This document shows, in pieces, positions 38,475 to 47,894 of a stretch of 64,000 nt of DNA. Under the pieces are notes generated by a model that worked only from the letters and a program-made list of their open reading frames with translations, did no database searches and was not told where the DNA came from. Every line of letters begins with the position of its first letter. Position 1 is the first letter of the stretch. This DNA is from Candidatus Multivoradales bacterium (GTDB lineage: Bacteria; Acidobacteriota; Thermoanaerobaculia; Multivoradales; JAHEKO01), in NCBI GenBank assembly GCA_965223855.1, contig CBDCXM010000009.1, forward strand, positions 1,312,001-1,376,000, read 5' to 3'. Made by a program: the position numbers and the translations under genes.

Positions 38475-39623
38475 ATGAACCGTAGTGCGTTGTCCCTCGT
38501 CCTGGCGATCGGGGTCGGCTTCGCGGCTCTGCCCGCGGTCGCCCATCAGCCGCCGACTCAACTCCACCTCGTGGGGGATCACTGGACCGCATGGGACCCT
38601 CCGACCACCTTTCCGGAGGGCGCGGAGGTCTACACCATCGTCCGTGGCGACACCCTGTGGGATCTGGCCGCCCGTTTCTACGGCGATCCGTATCTCTGGC
38701 CGCAGCTCTGGGAGCGGAACCAGTACATCAAGGATGCCCACTGGATCTACCCCGGGGACCCGCTCGTCGTCGGCTTCGAGGTGACTCCGCTCGACAACCT
38801 CGCCAACCTTCAGGACGGCGAGCCGGAGGAGGAAGACGATGGGTTCGACCGTTCGATCGGCGCTCCGGAGGCGCTCGGTTACGAAGCGGACCTCTATTGC
38901 TCCGGCTTCATCGGCTCGCCCGACCGGACGTTCTCGCACACGATTCTCGGCTCCGAGTACCAGAACCTCGGTCCCACTCTGACTCGCGAGCGTCAGCGGC
39001 GCCGCAGGGGTGATGCTGCCAGGGCGCCGACCGCCAAGGTCGGGCTGACGGCTGGCGACATCATCTATCTCGACGGCGGCGCCGATTCCGGGCTCGAGCC
39101 GGGCGACGAGTTCGTCGCCATGACGGATCGGGGACGAATCGATCATCCGATCACCGGAGACCGTCTCGGTGTCTTCTACCAGTACCAGGGGCGCGTGCGC
39201 GTGCTCTCGGTGCAGGAGGACACGGCGATCGCGGAGGTTTCCTACAGTTGCCGGCCGATGGAGATCGGCAGTCGCCTCGAGCGCTTCGTCCCGGAGCCGA
39301 TTCCGCTCCGGCGTCGCACCGCACTGAGGGCCGTGAACGATCCGGTGTCGCGTGAGACGCTCGACGGCGCCCCCGTCATCGTCCACACGAACGACCAGGT
39401 GGTGACCCTCGGTCAGAACAGCGTCGTCTTCATCGATCGCGGTGAGGGCGACGACATCGCACCCGGGGATCTCTTCACCATCTACCGGCTCGGTCCCGAC
39501 GGCGTTCCGCCGATGGTACTGGGGGAGCTGGCCGTGCTCTCGGTGCACGAGAACTCGTCGGTCGCCCGCATTCTCGAGTCGCGGTACGCCGTTTATATCG
39601 GCGATCTTCTCGACCTCAAGTAG
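38475..39623 (+). CDS. LysM peptidoglycan-binding exported protein (TsaP-like architecture)
   Basis: Signal peptide; YTIVRGDTLWDLAARFYGDPYLWPQLWERN...HWIYPGD. Confidence 0.87.
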   Translation: MNRSALSLVLAIGVGFAALPAVAHQPPTQLHLVGDHWTAWDPPTTFPEGAEVYTIVRGDTLWDLAARFYGDPYLWPQLWERNQYIKDAHWIYPGDPLVVGFEVTPLDNLANLQDGEPEEEDDGFDRSIGAPEALGYEADLYCSGFIGSPDRTFSHTILGSEYQNLGPTLTRERQRRRRGDAARAPTAKVGLTAGDIIYLDGGADSGLEPGDEFVAMTDRGRIDHPITGDRLGVFYQYQGRVRVLSVQEDTAIAEVSYSCRPMEIGSRLERFVPEPIPLRRRTALRAVNDPVSRETLDGAPVIVHTNDQVVTLGQNSVVFIDRGEGDDIAPGDLFTIYRLGPDGVPPMVLGELAVLSVHENSSVARILESRYAVYIGDLLDLK

Positions 39624-39709
39624 CCTTCCCGGAGGCTCCCGAAGCGGGTCCTGAGGGCCCGAAAACCGTGTGGTACGCTGCGCGCCTCACGGACGAGCAG
39701 GGAGCGGGG

Positions 39710-39982
39710 ATGCGGAGGAATCTGAACGGCGAGCTGCAGAGCCTCGTCAGCGAGCTGGTGGACCGGGGGCTGACCCTCGGGCAGGCACGCAAGGAGTTCG
39801 AGCGGCAGTTCATCGTCGCGGCGCTCAAGACCCACCGGGGCAACATGACCGGCTCGGCGCGGTCGCTCGGGATTCACCGCAACACCTTGCGCAACAAGGT
39901 CGGGGAGCTCGGGATCGACGCTGCCGATTTCGCCGCGCGCAAGCCGGGCGCGAAGCGGGCACCGTCCCCCGCCGACGGGTGA
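39710..39982 (+). CDS. Fis-family (HTH_8) small DNA-binding protein
   Basis: FERQFIVAALKTHRGNMTGSARSLGIHRNTLRNKV. Confidence 0.88.
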   Translation: MRRNLNGELQSLVSELVDRGLTLGQARKEFERQFIVAALKTHRGNMTGSARSLGIHRNTLRNKVGELGIDAADFAARKPGAKRAPSPADG

Positions 39983-40173
39983 CAACCGGCCTCTGACCGG
40001 CTCGAAGCCGGCTCCGGGCGCTCTCGTCACGCCTCTCGGAGTTCCCCCGGGACCTCTCCTTGCAGGGGGGTTGCGCCCCGGCCTGTGGTATACTTCGCAC
40101 TGCGACCGGTTCTGGTCGCGAACTTCCATTCCAATTCCGAGGATTGTAGAGGGGACTCTCCGTAGTTCTGCCC

Positions 40174-40914
40174 ATGGAACCTCGCATTCGATTCAGCAGA
40201 TGGAGCCTCGTCCTGGCGACGGGCTTCTTCCTCGTGGCGCTTTTCGATTCGCCGCCGTCGGATCCTGCGATCCCGGTGGATCGCCCCGACGCGCCCACCG
40301 ACGCGCAGTTGGAGGCTCTGACCGAGCTTTCGGAGTGGGTGCTCGGCGGCTCGGCGGCGCCGATGTTCGAATCGATGAAGGATCGGTCGTTCCCGTCCAC
40401 CGGCGAGCCGTCGGGCGAAGAGAACGAGGTGGCCTTCGAGCTCTTCCGCCGCTACCACGGCCGGGAAGCGGGCGTGTCGGCCGTCGAGCGCAGGCCGTTC
40501 GGCCGGCTGATCGTCGCGATGGCGGAGCGCTACTCGGTGGATCCGCTGCTGGTGGCCGCGGTGATGGAAGTGGAGTCGGGCTTCGACCCCAATGCCGTAT
40601 CGGCGATGGGTGCGATCGGCCTCATGCAGGTCCTGCCGACGACGGTGGAGCTCTACAGCGACGAGGATCCGTTCGAGCCTGCCGTCAATGTCAGGGTCGG
40701 CGTGCGCTACCTGCGAGCGCTACTCGACCAGTTCGACGGTGACGTGACGCTCGCACTCGCGGCCTATAACGCGGGCCCCGGCAACGTGCTCAAGCACGAG
40801 GGCGTGCCGCCGTTCCGCGAGACCCGGAACTACGTCGAGCGGGTGTTGAGCCTCTACGTCGACCAGCACCAGGCGATCTGGCAGCAGTCGGAAGACCGCC
40901 GCTGGTTTCTCTAG
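40174..40914 (+). CDS. Lytic transglycosylase (SLT domain)
   Basis: AVMEVESGFDPNAVS..GAIGLMQ, ALAAYNAGPG and PPFRETRNYV motifs. Extended -10 TGTGGTATACT lies upstream. Confidence 0.92.
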   Translation: MEPRIRFSRWSLVLATGFFLVALFDSPPSDPAIPVDRPDAPTDAQLEALTELSEWVLGGSAAPMFESMKDRSFPSTGEPSGEENEVAFELFRRYHGREAGVSAVERRPFGRLIVAMAERYSVDPLLVAAVMEVESGFDPNAVSAMGAIGLMQVLPTTVELYSDEDPFEPAVNVRVGVRYLRALLDQFDGDVTLALAAYNAGPGNVLKHEGVPPFRETRNYVERVLSLYVDQHQAIWQQSEDRRWFL

Positions 40915-40959
40915 CAGGCTGAGGTGGCCCCCCTGCGGGGGGCACCCGAAGGAGCCGGC

Positions 40960-41130
40960 TCAGGCTTCCTTGTCGGCGGGCTCGGGCTCGGCCTCGTCCC
41001 CTTTGAGGCCGCTGCGGAAGTTGCGAATGCCTTCTCCGAGCCCCTTGCCCAGTTTCGGCAGCTTGGCCGCGCCGAAAAGCACGAGCACGATGAGGAAGAT
41101 GATCAGCAGTTCCTGGAATCCGAACGACAT
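40960..41130 (-). CDS. tatA: Twin-arginine translocase subunit TatA (56 aa; not in the ORF track)
   Basis: My translation: [63 protein letters not shown]; TGCTACACT extended -10 at 41149-41157. Confidence 0.93.
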   Translation of the reverse strand: MSFGFQELLIIFLIVLVLFGAAKLPKLGKGLGEGIRNFRSGLKGDEAEPEPADKEA

Positions 41131-41197
41131 GGGTGTGCCTCCAGGGGGAGTGTAGCAGGACGAAGCGCTTCGAAGCTTGCGCGCGATCTGTCGATTC

Positions 41198-41270
41198 AGG
41201 GGTACGAGTGCCTTTCCCTACCCGGCCTCACCCGACCATACCCCGGATAGGGAAAGGCACTCGTACCCCT
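41198..41270. repeat. REP-like palindrome with perfect 23-bp arms
   Basis: AGGGGTACGAGTGCCTTTCCCTA (41198-41220) pairs with TAGGGAAAGGCACTCGTACCCCT (41248-41270); 27-nt spacer; intergenic. Confidence 0.75.
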
Positions 41271-41316
41271 TGACGGTTCGGGGAGCTGCAGCTTCTCCAG
41301 GCGTAGGAGGAGAGGG

Positions 41317-42321
41317 TCAGGGGACTTTGCGAATCCTGTCTGAAGCGTCGCCCTCTGAAGCGAGGTATCGGCGCCAGGATGGCTCGAGGGCGGTGGCGAG
41401 CGAGGCGGTTTCGGGGAGGTGCTGGAGATGGCGCAGCGCTGCCCGGAGCGAGGGGGGGATGAGGGGAAGGTAGCGGTCGAAGCCGCGGTCGGCGAAGGAC
41501 TGGAAGGTGCCGACGATCTTGAGGCACCGTTGGGCTGCAGCCCGGTGGTAGCCCTCGGATTCGGAAGGGGCGACCGGGAGCAGGTCGAGCGTGGTTCGTT
41601 CTTCCTCGGTGGTGGAATAGAGCGAGTCGTTGAGGAGCGACGCGAGGTCGTAGTGGCGCGGGCCGAGTCGGAGGTCTTGATGGTCGATGAGGACGAGCTC
41701 GCCGTCGGAGGAGAGGACGAAGTTTCGTGCCATGAAATCGCGATGGCAGGGCGTCCTGGCCTCCCGGTCGAGCGCGTCGCAGAGTTCGAGCAGGGTCTGG
41801 TGAAACTCCTCATCGAGACGATCGTCCGCTCCACACAGGCCACGGGGCTCGAGGACGAGCTCCCAGCTTTGGAGCAGCTCACGCCTGAACACGCCGGCGT
41901 CGAGGGCTCCGTTGATGGCGGCCACGAGGTCGGCCGGCAGCTCCGCGAGGCGTTGGATCAGGGGGATGGCCGCTCTCCAGAAGCTCAGCCGCTCCCATCC
42001 TTCGGCCACGGCTTCGTAGGCGGTCCTGGCGCCCACGTCTTCGACCCACATGAACCCGTCCTCGCGACTCCAGGCGTGGATCTCGGGGACCCGGATCCGT
42101 GCCTGCTCGAGGAGCCGGGTCGTTCGGACGAAGCGAGAACCGGCTTGCGTCGCTTCCGCGGGATAGATCACGGCGATGGAGGTCCTGCCGCCGGGACCGC
42201 GAACGCGGACGTAGCGGCGCGTAGAGACATCCCCCGGCAGCGGGTCGAAAGCTTCCACCCGGCACCCGTGCCTGGCGAGCCAGTCGGACAGCTCCTCGAG
42301 CGGGAGGGGAGACGGAGACAA
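41317..42321 (-). CDS. Aminoglycoside phosphotransferase-family kinase, AmgK-like (MurNAc/GlcNAc anomeric kinase)
   Basis: LPGDVSTRRYVR, EDVG, CHRDFMARN, IDHQD..LGP..YDLASLL and QRCLKIVGTF motifs. Start uncertain (TTG at 42321). Confidence 0.8.
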   Translation of the reverse strand: MSPSPLPLEELSDWLARHGCRVEAFDPLPGDVSTRRYVRVRGPGGRTSIAVIYPAEATQAGSRFVRTTRLLEQARIRVPEIHAWSREDGFMWVEDVGARTAYEAVAEGWERLSFWRAAIPLIQRLAELPADLVAAINGALDAGVFRRELLQSWELVLEPRGLCGADDRLDEEFHQTLLELCDALDREARTPCHRDFMARNFVLSSDGELVLIDHQDLRLGPRHYDLASLLNDSLYSTTEEERTTLDLLPVAPSESEGYHRAAAQRCLKIVGTFQSFADRGFDRYLPLIPPSLRAALRHLQHLPETASLATALEPSWRRYLASEGDASDRIRKVP

Positions 42322-42409
42322 GGTGCCGGAAGTGAGGGTTCGTTGACAGTCGCGGTGGGGGGCAAGAATAATCCATGCAGGCGCGGACGAACACCGGGCC
42401 CCTGCAACG

Positions 42410-42721
42410 ATGGACGAGAAACTCAAGCAACTGGTCGAAGAGCTGCGAGGCGCCGTCTCGCAGGCGCTGGTCGATTCTGCCCAGGTCGATCAGGCGTTGC
42501 GGCAGATCCGGGAACAGGGGTGGTCGCTCTACCTGGTGGTCGACCGCAAGGGTGGGGGGCAGGCACTCGAGGCCTACGAGATCGGCACAGATGCTGCGCC
42601 GGCGAGTGAGGCCAGCTTCAGGATCGACGCGACCGATCTCTCCTTTCTCCGTTCGATCGGCATCGACCCGACTCGCAAGAGCCGCCGCAAACGCGCCGAC
42701 CCTCAGGGCCACGATTCCTGA
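42410..42721 (+). CDS. Small hypothetical protein
   Basis: Protein-like composition; upstream TTGACA-N18-AATAAT promoter (42343-42372). Confidence 0.7.
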   Translation: MDEKLKQLVEELRGAVSQALVDSAQVDQALRQIREQGWSLYLVVDRKGGGQALEAYEIGTDAAPASEASFRIDATDLSFLRSIGIDPTRKSRRKRADPQGHDS

Positions 42722-42755
42722 CGCGCGGTCCCTCGGCGTCGGACTCGCCTCCGAA

Positions 42756-43454
42756 TCAGTCTCGCCACAGAAGGGCGAGGTTGCGCCCCGCGGCCGCTCC
42801 GTCGCGGCGGTAGGACCAGAGCCACTGAGGATTGCAGCGGGTACACACGCTGACGGCCACGACGCCGGCGACGCCGCGTCGCTCGAGCTGGGTTGCCACC
42901 GCGGCCGCGAGGTCTACCTTCGGCCGTCGTCCCTTGCGGTCGACAACCTCGGAAGAAGAGGCGCCCTCGATCTGCTCTGCGACCTCTTCACCGACCTCGT
43001 AGCAGCACGGGCCGATCGCCGGACCGATCCAGGCGATTGCCGGTGCTGGAGTTTCGCCGGAGTCGCTCTCCAGTGCGTCGAGGCTGCGGTCGACCACGCG
43101 AGAGACGATCCCGCGCCATCCGGCATGGACCAGTGCCGAGGAGCCGCGCCGGGTGATCGCCACTGGAACGCAGTCCGCGGTCGCGATGCTCAGGGCGACG
43201 GCAGGTCCCCGGTCTGTCGTCACCAGGGCGTCGGCTTCTCCGCACAGCCCTGCAGCCGCCGGGGTCACGCGGTCCCCGTGGACCTGTTTCAGGAAGGAGA
43301 CCGGCAAGCGGGTACCGGAGACCGCTTCGAGCACGGACTCGCGCTCCGTCGATCGATCGACCCGACCGACGAAACGAATCCGGGTTTCTCCGTCTTCGAA
43401 GGCCCAGACCGGAAATCCCCCCATCCGGTCCGGCGGCGCGGTCACCTCCCTCAT
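42756..43454 (-). CDS. pgeF: Peptidoglycan editing factor PgeF/YfiH (purine nucleoside phosphorylase/laccase domain)
   Basis: QVHG, EADALVT, TADCVPV, HAGWRG, IGPAIGPCCYEVG and CT....SYRR motifs. Confidence 0.92.
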   Translation of the reverse strand: MREVTAPPDRMGGFPVWAFEDGETRIRFVGRVDRSTERESVLEAVSGTRLPVSFLKQVHGDRVTPAAAGLCGEADALVTTDRGPAVALSIATADCVPVAITRRGSSALVHAGWRGIVSRVVDRSLDALESDSGETPAPAIAWIGPAIGPCCYEVGEEVAEQIEGASSSEVVDRKGRRPKVDLAAAVATQLERRGVAGVVAVSVCTRCNPQWLWSYRRDGAAAGRNLALLWRD

Positions 43455-43683
43455 GCCGCCATCCTAGCCTGCCCCCGGACCCCCTTCCGCCGTCCTCGGT
43501 GGAGCCTCCCTCCGACCAGCATCTCTTCCTCGTCGGAGGCTGCCCGGTCTCAGGCACGGCCTCAGATCCGACAGAGACCACAAGGAGCCCGCGCCACCTG
43601 GGCGGCGTCGGCTGCTTTAGACTAGCGGTGGGCGAGGCGACGGTCGGGCGGCGTGCCCTCGGAGCACAGGCGTCCGGCGAGAG

Positions 43684-44397
43684 ATGATCCAGTTTCTGCG
43701 CGTAACGAAGCGTTTCACCCCGGAGCGTGCGGCGCTCGACGAGGTCAGCATGGAGATCGCCGCTGGCGAGTTCGTCTTCCTCACCGGGGAGAGCGGCGCC
43801 GGCAAGAGCACCATGCTCGGGATGATCTACGGCGCCGTCGTTCCGACGACGGGCAACGTCCTCGTCAACGGCCGCAATGTAGGTTCCCTGCCGCGTGCCA
43901 AGATCCCCTACCTGCGGCGGACGATCGGCGTCGTCTTCCAGGACTCGCGTCTGATCGGTCGCCGGACGGTCTACGAGAACGTCGCCTACCTGCCGCAGAT
44001 TCTCGGGCTGTCCGCCGCGGAGCAGAAGGAGCGCGTCTACGCGGCACTCGACAGGGTCGGTCTCGCCGAGCGGGGAGAGGCCTTCCCGCGCCAGCTTTCG
44101 GGTGGCGAGCAGCAGCGGGTTGCGATAGCGAGAGCGATCGTCAACGAGCCGCCGGTTCTGCTTGCGGATGAACCGACCGGGAATCTCGATCCGGAGCTCT
44201 CCGACCGCATCTTCGATCTCTTCGAAGAGGCCCACGGAAACGGTGCCACCGTCCTCGTGGCGACCCACGACCCGCGGATGATCGATCGCATTCCGGCCCG
44301 GGTGCTGCGCCTCAAGGGCGGTCAGCTCATCGAGGACAGTGCGAGGGACCTTGTCCAGCCGACCGGTGACTTCGAGGAAGGGGAGGAGTCGCCGTGA
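43684..44397 (+). CDS. ftsE: Cell division ATP-binding protein FtsE
   Basis: GESGAGKST, IPYLRRTIGVVFQD, LSGGEQQRVAIARA and LADEPTGNLD motifs; followed by ftsX. Confidence 0.93.
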   Translation: MIQFLRVTKRFTPERAALDEVSMEIAAGEFVFLTGESGAGKSTMLGMIYGAVVPTTGNVLVNGRNVGSLPRAKIPYLRRTIGVVFQDSRLIGRRTVYENVAYLPQILGLSAAEQKERVYAALDRVGLAERGEAFPRQLSGGEQQRVAIARAIVNEPPVLLADEPTGNLDPELSDRIFDLFEEAHGNGATVLVATHDPRMIDRIPARVLRLKGGQLIEDSARDLVQPTGDFEEGEESP

Positions 44398-45314
44398 CCT
44401 GGGGACAGGCCATTGTCTACTTCTTCAGCGAGGCGCTGACCAGTCTTCGCCGCGGGTGGAGGGTCAGCCTGCTGGCCATTCTCACGATTGCCGTGAGCCT
44501 GTTCCTCGGAGGTGTCTTCCGGCTCCTCGGGATCAACCTGGCCGGACAGCTCGAGCAATGGCAGGGGGAGGCCAGGGTCGTGGCCTACTTCGCGCCGGAG
44601 ACGCGTACCGACAGACTGGCAGACGAGGCCGAGCGGCTGCGGCGGTTCTCCTGGATCGAGTCCGTCGAGGTCATCGACGAAGAACGCGCTCGGGGGCGCT
44701 TCGAAAGAGTATTCCCCGATCTCGCTGACCTGCTGGACGATCCCGAGGCGGAGCCGCTTCCCGCCTCCCTCGAGCTGACGGTCGCAGAGGCGGCTCTCGC
44801 CGACACCCGCGAGCTCCTGACGCGGGAGCTGGAGTCGATCGAGGGTGTCGAGTGGGTTGACGACGACGCACGATGGCTCGAGCGCCTGCAGACGCTCGTA
44901 ACCGCTTCCCGGCGGGTGGGGCTCGCCCTCGGAGGCCTCCTGCTGGCAGCGGCGGTGTTCACCATCGCGAGCGTGATCCGTCTGACGGCCTATCGTTATC
45001 GTGAGGAGATCGCGGTGATGAGGCAGGTCGGCGCCACCGAGCTGGTCATCCGATGTCCGTTTTACGTCGAGGGCTTCCTGCAGGGTCTGGCGGGTGGAGT
45101 GCTGGCGACCGGCGGCTTGTGGCTCTTTCACCTCTGGCTGCGACCCGATGGGCCCGGTGAGGGAGTCCGCGACGCTCTGGCCGGGAGCTTTCTGCCGGCG
45201 GGATCGATCCTGCTTCTGGTCTGCTTCGGTGCGCTCGCCGGCACGGCCGGGGCGATCCTGTCGCTCCCGCGCGAAGTCTTCGGGGCCGGGGCCGACCTCG
45301 ACTCCGACCTCTGA
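44394..45314 (+). CDS. ftsX: Cell division permease FtsX
   Basis: One TM + periplasmic loop + three TM; IRLT...REEIAVMRQVGAT...PFYVEG. Confidence 0.92.
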   Translation: MTWGQAIVYFFSEALTSLRRGWRVSLLAILTIAVSLFLGGVFRLLGINLAGQLEQWQGEARVVAYFAPETRTDRLADEAERLRRFSWIESVEVIDEERARGRFERVFPDLADLLDDPEAEPLPASLELTVAEAALADTRELLTRELESIEGVEWVDDDARWLERLQTLVTASRRVGLALGGLLLAAAVFTIASVIRLTAYRYREEIAVMRQVGATELVIRCPFYVEGFLQGLAGGVLATGGLWLFHLWLRPDGPGEGVRDALAGSFLPAGSILLLVCFGALAGTAGAILSLPREVFGAGADLDSDL

Positions 45315-45345
45315 TCTTGCTGAGCCGGCAGCGGCCGCTGCCCGC

Positions 45346-45385
45346 AGAAAGAAAACCGCCCCGCCACCCGAAGGTGACGGGGCGG
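45346..45385 (-). terminator. Rho-independent terminator of the OmpA-family gene
   Basis: Minus strand CCGCCCCGTCACC-TTCG-GGTGGCGGGGCGG followed by TTTTCTTTCT, 20 nt after the stop codon. Confidence 0.85.
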
Positions 45386-45404
45386 GGAATGAGCAGCTGG
45401 GAAC

Positions 45405-46541
45405 TCAGCCGACGCTGATGATGACGACCGCGCGACGGTTCTCGGCACGGCCCTCGCGGGTGTCGTTGCTCGCGACCGGCTCGCGGGAGCCGCGGCCTTC
45501 GGTCGAGATGCGGGACGGATCGATGCCGTGCCGCTCGACGAGATAGGCCTTGACCGCCTCGGCGCGACGGAGGCTGAGGGGATCGTTGATGGCATCGTTG
45601 CCGGTGCTGTCGGTGTGGCCGATCACCATAGCCTCGAGCTCGGGATCCTGCTTGAGCTTGAGGGCGACCTCATCGAGCTTCGCCTTGCCGATATTGGAGA
45701 CCCGCGCGCTGTCGGTGTCGAAGTTGATGACCTCGCGCTCCTCGACCGGTGCCGGAGGCGGCGGCGGAGGCGGCGGCGGGGCTACAGGCTCGGGCGTCGG
45801 CTCCGGAGCGGGAGGCGCCGGTGGCGGCGGCGGAGGCGGTGTCGGCTCTGCCGGCCGCTCGCACGGCCCGCAGCGATTGCCGTTCCAGCGATAGGCAAGT
45901 CCGAGGGTCGCGATCAAGGGATCGACGTCGACCTCGAAGCCGTTGCCCTCTGCGGACGTCGCCAGGTAGCGGAGCCCGGCGGTCAGCGCCCAGGGGGCGT
46001 TCTCACCGAACGGGATGTCGAGCCCGGCGTTGAGGCCGAGCGCCGCTTCGCCGTCGAGACTCACGCTCTCGCGTGCCGTACCGAAGTCGTACGTCACGTC
46101 GTCGTAGTCGATGAGGCCGACGAACGGCCCGATGAAGAAATCGGCCCTCGAGCGCGGCGTCAGATGGAAATTGGCACCGACCGAGACCATCTGGAAGCCG
46201 ATGTCGGCATTCTGCATGAGCCACTCGGTGTCGGTGTCGATCGTGAGCATGCTGTCGAGATCGGCTGCCAGCAGGCCGAACGCCAGGCCGACCGGGCAGT
46301 TGGCGCGGTACTCGAGCTCAGCGCCCAGCCCGTTGCCCGAGCCGAGAACGAACTTGCTGGTCCTGAAAGGATCGGTCTGCGTCGTGCGGAACGGATCGTC
46401 CTTGACGTCGACCTTGGCGCCGAAGCCACGCAGTGTCCAGCGATAGCCGTCGGCGTTGCAGTCCTGAGCGCTGCTCGGCGCCGGGGCGACGACCAGCACT
46501 GCCGTCAGTGCCAGCAGGGCAACTCTGGGTATCCACTTCAT
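45405..46541 (-). CDS. OmpA-family protein (OmpW/OmpA-like barrel + Pro-rich linker + peptidoglycan-binding domain)
   Basis: Signal peptide; beta-barrel strands; polyproline linker; INFDTDSA, GHTDSTG, LSLRRAEAVKAYL and NRR motifs. Confidence 0.92.
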   Translation of the reverse strand: MKWIPRVALLALTAVLVVAPAPSSAQDCNADGYRWTLRGFGAKVDVKDDPFRTTQTDPFRTSKFVLGSGNGLGAELEYRANCPVGLAFGLLAADLDSMLTIDTDTEWLMQNADIGFQMVSVGANFHLTPRSRADFFIGPFVGLIDYDDVTYDFGTARESVSLDGEAALGLNAGLDIPFGENAPWALTAGLRYLATSAEGNGFEVDVDPLIATLGLAYRWNGNRCGPCERPAEPTPPPPPPPAPPAPEPTPEPVAPPPPPPPPPAPVEEREVINFDTDSARVSNIGKAKLDEVALKLKQDPELEAMVIGHTDSTGNDAINDPLSLRRAEAVKAYLVERHGIDPSRISTEGRGSREPVASNDTREGRAENRRAVVIISVG

Positions 46542-46670
46542 TCTCTTCTCCCCAAAAATCAGATTCCAGGACTCGACCCTTCGAGTCCTGGCTAGAAGTG
46601 TAGCAGTGTTGTCAGCGCAGTGGGATGGTGCCGGGAGGCGGCCGAAAGGCGAGCCAGCCCGATGTTGAGG

Positions 46671-47888
46671 CTAGTGCCGCGCTCGGATCGAGAAGCGTCC
46701 CTTGACGCTGCCGTCGGTGTCGAGCGCCTGAGCGACGATGCCGCCCATGAAGACCGTGTAGTCCTTGACGCGAAAGGAGGTCTCGAATCCGAACCCGGCG
46801 TCGGTGATGTAGTTCTCGGATTGCGACAGGACCTCGCTGTCGAAGCCGATCGCTCCATACCCCGCATAAAGGATCCAGTACCAGCTCGACCACTCGGCCT
46901 TCAGCGCCTGGCGACTTTCATCGACGAACCACGGCAGGAAGAACTCGAAGGTCGTCAGCAGCTCGTCGGTGCCGCGGAGAGGATCGTCGAGTCCCTTGAG
47001 GCCGTCGCGGCCGTCGAGCTTGAAGAAGACACCGCGCGGGACCGCGTAGCGGTCGGTCGAGCCCGGTGGCGCCTGGAGATCGAGATCTCCCTTGCGAAGG
47101 AAGGAGCCGCCGTTCACACGCCAGATGGCGAAGGCCTCCGGCCCGAGATCGAAGCGCTTGAGGCTGGCGACCTCGAGCTTGATGTAGTCGAAGTCGCCGA
47201 CCCACTCGGCGCCGTAGGAGAGTGCCGTCGAAAGGCCGAATCCGAACGGGCCGAGTTCGCGATGAGCCGTCAGAAGCTCGGTCCGCTCAGCTCGGCTCTC
47301 ACCGACGACGGAGTTGAGCCCGACGTCGGCTGCGGTGCCGATCTGGTGGCCGATCCTGACGAAGGCGTCGGTCTTGTTGGTCGTCAGGCTGAACTCCTCC
47401 TTGCTCGAGGTGATGCGGTCGAACTCGACGAGGAAGAAGGCGCGCTGGTGGTAGGAGAAGGGGTGCTGAATCAACAGCAGCCCACCTCTGGTGCGTTCGA
47501 AGTCGTTCGTTCCGCGGTCGATCGGATCGAACTCGACCGCGTCGAAGAGACCGATCTGGTAGACCGAGTCGTACCCGTAGTAGCGGTAGCGCAGGAACGC
47601 CTCGATGTCGCCGCTCAGGAAGTCGTAGCGCAGCTGACCTTCATAGAAGGACCCCTTGATCAGACGGCTCAGTCTGAAGTCGAGCTCGCCCTCCGGGAAA
47701 TAGAAGTCGAGCCGGGGGAAGACGGTCTCTCCGGCCGAAGAGTCGGCAGACGAAACCGCCGGCGGGGTTTCCCCCACCGGCGGATCGGCCTCTTGCGCCG
47801 AGAGCTCGCCCGCCAGTGTCAGGGAGGCGAGCCCCAGGGCGACGCGGAAGGCGAGGCCGGCTCCCGCGCCGCGCGGAGCGCTGCGCAA
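46671..47888 (-). CDS. Outer-membrane beta-barrel, Omp85/BamA-TamA-like, apparently without POTRA domains
   Basis: Signal peptide; amphipathic aromatic strands; FFKLDGRDGLKGL (degenerate GG..LRGY lid loop) and DAGFG near the C-terminus. Confidence 0.55.
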   Translation of the reverse strand: MRSAPRGAGAGLAFRVALGLASLTLAGELSAQEADPPVGETPPAVSSADSSAGETVFPRLDFYFPEGELDFRLSRLIKGSFYEGQLRYDFLSGDIEAFLRYRYYGYDSVYQIGLFDAVEFDPIDRGTNDFERTRGGLLLIQHPFSYHQRAFFLVEFDRITSSKEEFSLTTNKTDAFVRIGHQIGTAADVGLNSVVGESRAERTELLTAHRELGPFGFGLSTALSYGAEWVGDFDYIKLEVASLKRFDLGPEAFAIWRVNGGSFLRKGDLDLQAPPGSTDRYAVPRGVFFKLDGRDGLKGLDDPLRGTDELLTTFEFFLPWFVDESRQALKAEWSSWYWILYAGYGAIGFDSEVLSQSENYITDAGFGFETSFRVKDYTVFMGGIVAQALDTDGSVKGRFSIRARH

Positions 47889-47894
47889 CGACGG

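Noticed and set aside
40085-40173. Riboswitch (e.g. c-di-AMP or c-di-GMP) in the lytic transglycosylase leader
   Set aside because: Only a simple hairpin (GCGACCGG-TT-CTGGTCGC) is visible, with no recognisable aptamer consensus.
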